From a virus (Duplodnaviria; Caudoviricetes), in the IMG/VR virus record IMGVR_UViG_3300031851_000023, positions 1 to 62,140 of that record: DNA of 62,140 nucleotides; one strand, given 5' to 3'. The position numbers and the translations under genes are program-made. Shown here piece by piece: positions 58,275-62,140 of the stretch (position 1 is its first letter; every line of letters begins with the position of its first letter). The notes under the pieces were generated by a model. It ran no database searches and was not told the DNA's origin. It worked only from the letters and a program-made list of their open reading frames with translations.

Positions 58275-58920
58275 TTTGTTTCTCCTTTAGTGTTTGCCAA
58301 AAATAATCATCGGTGTCTCCTAGGCGTCCCCAGGTGCTCCCGCTCTCAACTTGGTATTCTATAGTAGATACCTTGAAATCGGGCATACAGGGCGTCTCAG
58401 GCGTCAATGAGAGGTCATACAGTCGCATCCTGTTATTTGGATACAACGCAAACTGACCGTTCTCTAGTGCTATACAATTGTGAGACTTATGCTCTTGTGG
58501 CACTTCGCTTACATTATTATCTATCGTATCTTTGTTCGCATGATAGTTATCTAATGTAAACAAATACGAACCTTTCTGTAGGTCATGATCACGAGTACGT
58601 AACTCAACATCCATCTCAGCAATGAAACCTTTGTTGATTGCCATAACTCCATAATCCATACAATTCCAGAATTGTAGATTGCCCAGATCCATGTCTATGA
58701 CTGGAGTTTGGGGGAATTGCAAAAACGCACTAATTGGAAGTTTGTCATACATCGCACCATATTCTGGTAAGTATGTCTCAAAGTAAAAAGCACGTCCAGG
58801 TATGCTTTTAGCAGATACCCAGACTCCCTCTACAAACTCCCCATGTCCATCTTGATGATCTCGTAAGTATTCCCTACGAACCCATACTTTCTTAGCAGGA
58901 AGGTTGCAAATTAAATTCAT
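58261..58920 (-). CDS. Conserved hypothetical protein (219 aa)
   Basis: VWVRREYL.D.Q.GHGEF, GAMYDKLPISAF, EHKSHN and GQFALYPNNR resemble a family I recall at this position in cyanomyoviruses. Confidence 0.8.
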   Translation of the reverse strand: MNLICNLPAKKVWVRREYLRDHQDGHGEFVEGVWVSAKSIPGRAFYFETYLPEYGAMYDKLPISAFLQFPQTPVIDMDLGNLQFWNCMDYGVMAINKGFIAEMDVELRTRDHDLQKGSYLFTLDNYHANKDTIDNNVSEVPQEHKSHNCIALENGQFALYPNNRMRLYDLSLTPETPCMPDFKVSTIEYQVESGSTWGRLGDTDDYFWQTLKEKQNGTP

Positions 58921-59066
58921 CCCCTACCTTGTCCTCTGTAACGCTTCTTAGCATTGTTACGTGATGTAGAAGTATACTTAGTATGCTTACCACGTCCTTG
59001 ACGAGTGCGCTTCGGACGAGACTCAATTGTGTCTGCTCCTGATAGTCCAACTCTGCTCTTTGCCAT
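58917..59066 (-). CDS. Very basic 49-aa protein (not in ORF track)
   Basis: MAKSRVGLSGADTIESRPKRTRQGRGKHTKYTSTSRNNAKKRYRGQGRG; ATGA overlap with the downstream gene. Confidence 0.75.
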   Translation of the reverse strand: MAKSRVGLSGADTIESRPKRTRQGRGKHTKYTSTSRNNAKKRYRGQGRG

Positions 59067-59069
59067 AAT

Positions 59070-59453
59070 TTAAACTGCGGTTTGTGTTCCAATTACTATT
59101 GTAGGATACTGAAACGGTCCTGTCAAGGGTCTTTCGGTAGATCCGATTAACAATCTTGCTTCATCTCCACTGACTGCTGGTAACTGACCATTAATAAAAA
59201 CAGTCTTGTTGATTTTAGGTATAATAGTACGCTGCCCCGGTTGACATGGTAATGGTACTGCCGGGTTAACTTTAATACCCTCTACAGGTGTACACTGATA
59301 GGGCACAGGAATGCCCGCAATGATCTCTAAAGTTACTCCACCTACCTTTATGGTAGTCGGCACCGTTGCGCCTCCTATGGGCGCTGCTGGATACAAACAA
59401 TTACCATCGGTACTCGGCGTATCTAGTGTCTCTGGTCCTGCTAAAAATGCCAT
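59070..59453 (-). CDS. Divergent PAAR-like spike-tip protein
   Basis: TVFINGQLPAVSGD motif, three Cys, C-terminal TIVIG; upstream of gp25 like gp5.4. Confidence 0.55.
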   Translation of the reverse strand: MAFLAGPETLDTPSTDGNCLYPAAPIGGATVPTTIKVGGVTLEIIAGIPVPYQCTPVEGIKVNPAVPLPCQPGQRTIIPKINKTVFINGQLPAVSGDEARLLIGSTERPLTGPFQYPTIVIGTQTAV

Positions 59454-59680
59454 TACACTACCCTCGCAACATGTAGTAAATCTTTCTTAATACCCTCTAC
59501 ATTATTATGCAGATAATCTAATGTCTCTGAGAGACTTTCATAATCAGATTCCGTGGGACGACGATACATCAATTGTGGTCGCTCCAGCTGCGATATCCGT
59601 TGGTCCAGGCTCGTCAACCTCTCGGACAGCTTCTGGAGTGCGCTCTCCAACTTCTGCTGCTGCTGTGACAACTCTTCCAT
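59453..59680 (-). CDS. Hypothetical coiled-coil protein (75 aa)
   Basis: Start MEELSQ preceded by GAGGAG; TAATG coupling to the next gene. Confidence 0.7.
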   Translation of the reverse strand: MEELSQQQQKLESALQKLSERLTSLDQRISQLERPQLMYRRPTESDYESLSETLDYLHNNVEGIKKDLLHVARVV

Positions 59681-59795
59681 CGTTTTGATCTCCTCTGTTG
59701 AATGCTTCTGATGCTCTCGACTCAAATTCGTCACAGAATGCATCGAAATTACTTAATATACTATCGAAATCTTTGAACTCGTCTTTTTCAGGCAT
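59544..59795 (-). CDS. Hypothetical acidic protein, first gene of the late block
   Basis: Late promoter ACTAAATA at 59853-59860; overlaps the next ORF by 137 nt. Confidence 0.6.
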   Translation of the reverse strand: MPEKDEFKDFDSILSNFDAFCDEFESRASEAFNRGDQNDGRVVTAAAEVGERTPEAVREVDEPGPTDIAAGATTIDVSSSHGI

Positions 59796-59981
59796 TTTTT
59801 TGCTGGGAAATTTTTTTGCTTTTGGAGGTTTCTAAAAAACCATTTTCAAAAATATTTAGTGCTCGTCTGGATACTTTTGTAGGTTAGGAGGGACCCATGG
59901 ATTTTCGCTTGGCGCATCGCTAAGGGCGCTAGGGGGGGCAATAAACAGTCCTTAGACTGTCCACCCCTGTCCCCGCTGTGA

Positions 59982-60251
59982 TCACAACTCTGCTAGCATC
60001 TCATTCATCTCATCAGCGTCGATCTCTGGATTGTCCCATGCCACGCCGTCTGCTGTCTTGCAGAGCATACGACCAATCTGCCCCTCACACATGCAACGTT
60101 GGAACTTGTCCCATGGTGTCTCGTCCTCACTGCAGAACTTCACACATGCCTTTGCTGTGTTGTAGAGGAACTCATCGTTGCCGATCCACAGCGACACGTT
60201 CCATGTCTCGTAGTTTGCCCAACCGTTGTATGTGGTGGTGGATGCTGTCAT
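59982..60251 (-). CDS. Early hypothetical protein (YNGWxNYETW family)
   Basis: YNGWANYETWNVSLWIGNDE.LY motif; AAGGA SD; own promoter. Confidence 0.8.
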   Translation of the reverse strand: MTASTTTYNGWANYETWNVSLWIGNDEFLYNTAKACVKFCSEDETPWDKFQRCMCEGQIGRMLCKTADGVAWDNPEIDADEMNEMLAEL

Positions 60252-60278
60252 GTGATGTCCTTTGTTTGGTATGTGCTT

Positions 60279-60336
60279 ATTGTAGACCCTAGAGGGGCGT
60301 TGCCTATGCCAGCAGTGCCAGCTCCTGGGTTGTCAC
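60279..60336 (-). promoter_or_regulatory. Early promoter: 22-bp box plus -10 TACAAT
   Basis: Box at 60315-60336; -10 at 60279-60284. Confidence 0.7.
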
Positions 60337-60531
60337 ACTGCTGATGTCCTCTCCTTCATAGACCCTCACCCATGGGATGGGTTGCCCTGAGGTGAGACGC
60401 CAGATCATCTGATCTCCCTCTTGCTCCTGCTGTCTGATGGCGGCAATGCGATAGGCACCGCTGATGGTGGGTGAGTAGTCTGCACCATACTCATCAAAGG
60501 TGCCGAAGGAGGTGGGTTGAACTGCGAACAT
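60304..60531 (-). CDS. Early hypothetical protein
   Basis: 75-aa ORF with A/C-rich leader and own promoter. Confidence 0.75.
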   Translation of the reverse strand: MFAVQPTSFGTFDEYGADYSPTISGAYRIAAIRQQEQEGDQMIWRLTSGQPIPWVRVYEGEDISSVTTQELALLA

Positions 60532-60560
60532 GATTTGTGGTTTGTTTGTTTGTTGAACTT

Positions 60561-60618
60561 AGTCTACAGGGTCAGCGTCTAATGTCTGTCGCTGATGTTC
60601 CAGTTAGTGGATTGGACC
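60561..60618 (-). promoter_or_regulatory. Early promoter: 22-bp box plus -10 TAGACT
   Basis: Box at 60597-60618; -10 at 60561-60566. Confidence 0.65.
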
Positions 60619-60767
60619 TGCTCAATGCGTCCTGCTCTCACTGCCTGCCTGTACTCATGCTCTGCCTGCATCTGACGTTGGATCTTCTCCATAACGGTCA
60701 GCATCTTAGGGGAAGGATCACCAGAGGTGAGAAAGAAACCGGTTCGTGTCATTGCTTTGTTTTCCAT
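60579..60767 (-). CDS. Early hypothetical protein
   Basis: 62-aa ORF; ATG 6 nt after the -10. Confidence 0.7.
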   Translation of the reverse strand: MENKAMTRTGFFLTSGDPSPKMLTVMEKIQRQMQAEHEYRQAVRAGRIEQVQSTNWNISDRH

Positions 60768-60773
60768 GCTGTT

Positions 60774-60832
60774 AGTATAGACCCTAGGACGTTGATCGTG
60801 AGGCTGGACCAGGACACTTTGGAAACTGACCT
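60774..60832 (-). promoter_or_regulatory. Early promoter: 22-bp box plus -10 TATACT
   Basis: Box at 60811-60832; -10 at 60774-60779. Confidence 0.65.
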
Positions 60833-60900
60833 TTCTCCTATGGCAGGGAGATAAGGCATACTATAATGAGACACGGTTTCGGCCGAGCAGTTTGTGTTAC

Positions 60901-60928
60901 TTAGTGATGAAGCGGTTAGTGTTAGTTA
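60901..60928. repeat. 28-bp direct repeat, copy 1
   Basis: TTAGTGATGAAGCGGTTAGTGTTAGTTA, 27/28 identical to 61234-61261. Confidence 0.9.
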
Positions 60929-60930
60929 GT

Positions 60931-61212
60931 CTAGACCATTTCCTGCTGTTGTAACATCAATTGCTCCTCTGTAACCTCATCCACACAGTCTTGAATCACC
61001 TGATAGATGTAATCAATCTGCCCAACATCATCAAAGATACGTGCAATCATTGCAGGATCTTCTACGTTGTTATCATAATCAATCTCACCATCTTCGTCCT
61101 TCAAATGACAATCATTTTTGGTGTAAATCCATGCGGCACATTCTGCATCTTCTCCCTGTTCTTTGATCATGCTATTCACACGGTCTTGAAGTTGCTTGAG
61201 AGTGTAGTTCAT
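60931..61212 (-). CDS. Early hypothetical acidic protein
   Basis: 93-aa ORF bracketed by direct repeats. Confidence 0.8.
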   Translation of the reverse strand: MNYTLKQLQDRVNSMIKEQGEDAECAAWIYTKNDCHLKDEDGEIDYDNNVEDPAMIARIFDDVGQIDYIYQVIQDCVDEVTEEQLMLQQQEMV

Positions 61213-61270
61213 GATGAAGTGAATGAGTGTTAGTTAGTGATGAAGCGATTAGTGTTAGTTAATCGCTTCA
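61212..61270. repeat. Direct repeat copy 2, a partial third copy and an 11-bp hairpin
   Basis: Copy at 61234-61261; degenerate copy at 61212-61238; TGAAGCGATTA/TAATCGCTTCA stem at 61241-61270. Confidence 0.85.
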
Positions 61271-61281
61271 CTGTGTGAAAC

Positions 61282-61608
61282 TTAAGCAAACTCAACGAAT
61301 GTGTAACCATCAACGAAATCATGGATGACTTTGTTGTCACGAATGAACCACTGATAGTCCTTCTGAAAAACACCATCAGTGAAGGCACAACAGAACTCGT
61401 TAATGATAGCATTGAGACGAGATTTAGTTGTGTTTGACTGCCAACCACCATCGAAGATGGTAACAAAGTCATCACCAACCTTAGCAATTAGATTGCCATG
61501 CAAACGCACCTCAGACACACCATCTTCAGTGATAACTGATGTGTTGGCGTTAGTCCAGTTCTTGTTTGCCTTGATGGCGGCGTTCATGTTGGATTCGATC
61601 TTACGCAT
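61282..61608 (-). CDS. Early hypothetical protein
   Basis: MRKIE..M..AI, VRLHGNLIA and DGGWQSNTTKSRLNA resemble a recurrent phage early-gene family. Confidence 0.85.
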   Translation of the reverse strand: MRKIESNMNAAIKANKNWTNANTSVITEDGVSEVRLHGNLIAKVGDDFVTIFDGGWQSNTTKSRLNAIINEFCCAFTDGVFQKDYQWFIRDNKVIHDFVDGYTFVEFA

Positions 61609-61637
61609 GAGAGACTTGAGTTGTTTGTCTTGAATGT

Positions 61638-61696
61638 ATTGTTGCAGGGATGGGGGTCAATTGCAACCCCCTATGTGACACTAGGTGGATTGGTTG
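61638..61696 (-). promoter_or_regulatory. Early promoter: 22-bp box, -35 TTGCAA, -10 AACAAT
   Basis: Box at 61675-61696; 17-nt spacer; GGGGGT...ACCCCC inverted repeat over the -35. Confidence 0.55.
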
Positions 61697-61875
61697 CTTT
61701 CGTCCACGTCTAGCATGATCATCATGGCAAGATCGCATAGATTGTCATCTGCCTCGAAGGGTGCAATCTGACTGTCTACAAAATCCATCACCATTTCAAA
61801 GTCTGCCTCAGGGTTGCTGATGCAGAACCCTCGGATGTCTGATGCGATGTTGTTGCGTGGATCGGTTTTGTTCAT
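61681..61875 (-). CDS. Early hypothetical protein
   Basis: 64-aa acidic ORF; ATG 6 nt after the -10. Confidence 0.7.
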   Translation of the reverse strand: MNKTDPRNNIASDIRGFCISNPEADFEMVMDFVDSQIAPFEADDNLCDLAMMIMLDVDESNQST

Positions 61876-61881
61876 GTGTCT

Positions 61882-61938
61882 ACAATACAGGGTTTAGAGT
61901 GCTGTGCCTATTTTGTGTGGCACTAGGTCAACTGTCAC
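61882..61938 (-). promoter_or_regulatory. Early promoter: 22-bp box plus -10 TATTGT
   Basis: Box at 61917-61938; -10 at 61882-61887. Confidence 0.65.
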
Positions 61939-62126
61939 AGTCCGTTGAGATAGTCTGCCAGTTCCTCTTCATACTGTTCCTTGGTGTCAAACGTGCGACC
62001 ATGAATCACCCGTGGGTACGTGGCATCAAGACCAGCAGCAGCGACCATCTCACAGTCTGCCCGATCGTATCCCATCTCAACGAGGTTGTTGACGTATGGG
62101 TTGTTGCTTGGTGTTTCGTTGTTCAT
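61935..62126 (-). CDS. Early hypothetical protein
   Basis: 63-aa ORF; TG-TATTGT-N6-ATG at the window end mirrors the neighbouring gene. Confidence 0.7.
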   Translation of the reverse strand: MNNETPSNNPYVNNLVEMGYDRADCEMVAAAGLDATYPRVIHGRTFDTKEQYEEELADYLNGL

Positions 62127-62140
62127 GTGTATACAATACA

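Noticed and set aside
58892-59092. 66-aa minus-strand ORF
   Set aside because: A better 49-aa basic ORF in another frame (58917-59066) tiles exactly with its neighbours.
60901-61270. Mini CRISPR array
   Set aside because: Only two near-identical repeats, separated by a full 280-nt gene; no regular spacers and no cas genes.
505-61633. Numerous plus-strand and alternate-frame ORFs in the supplied track
   Set aside because: They are shadows of long minus-strand genes, with no recognisable motifs or expression signals, and mostly non-ATG starts.
1-62140. tRNA, rRNA or known riboswitch
   Set aside because: Intergenic gaps are short and I recognised no cloverleaf or known motif; a tRNAscan-SE/Infernal run would be needed to exclude them formally.

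Overview
This is a 62 kb segment of a T4-like cyanomyovirus genome (Synechococcus/Prochlorococcus-type; inferred from gene content, plastocyanin and gene order). Essentially all genes are on the minus strand. Transcription order, right to left: (i) small early genes with sigma70-like promoters and a shared 22-bp upstream box (60.0-62.1 kb); (ii) a non-coding early/late junction; (iii) the late virion module: PAAR-like spike tip, gp25, gp6, giant gp7, gp8, a 2705-aa virion protein, 1433-aa and 3474-aa fibre/spike proteins, three paralogous fibre-tip candidates plus an assembly chaperone, and gp13-gp16; (iv) a variable island with petE, a thermonuclease and many micro-ORFs; (v) gp17-gp23, a 2OG-Fe(II) oxygenase and the start of gp3. 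The most striking observation is four helical domains inside gp7 and the 3474-aa fibre. By eye they align with phycobiliprotein (phycocyanin/phycoerythrin) subunits, including Cys at both bilin-attachment positions (KAKCARD and CxxVxSxI; one copy lacks the first Cys). A split cupredoxin-like site is also present in the 1433-aa virion protein. Together these suggest, untested, a virion carrying chromophores or cofactors. No tRNA, CRISPR array, intron or intein was recognised. All homology calls are by eye and from memory; no searches were run.
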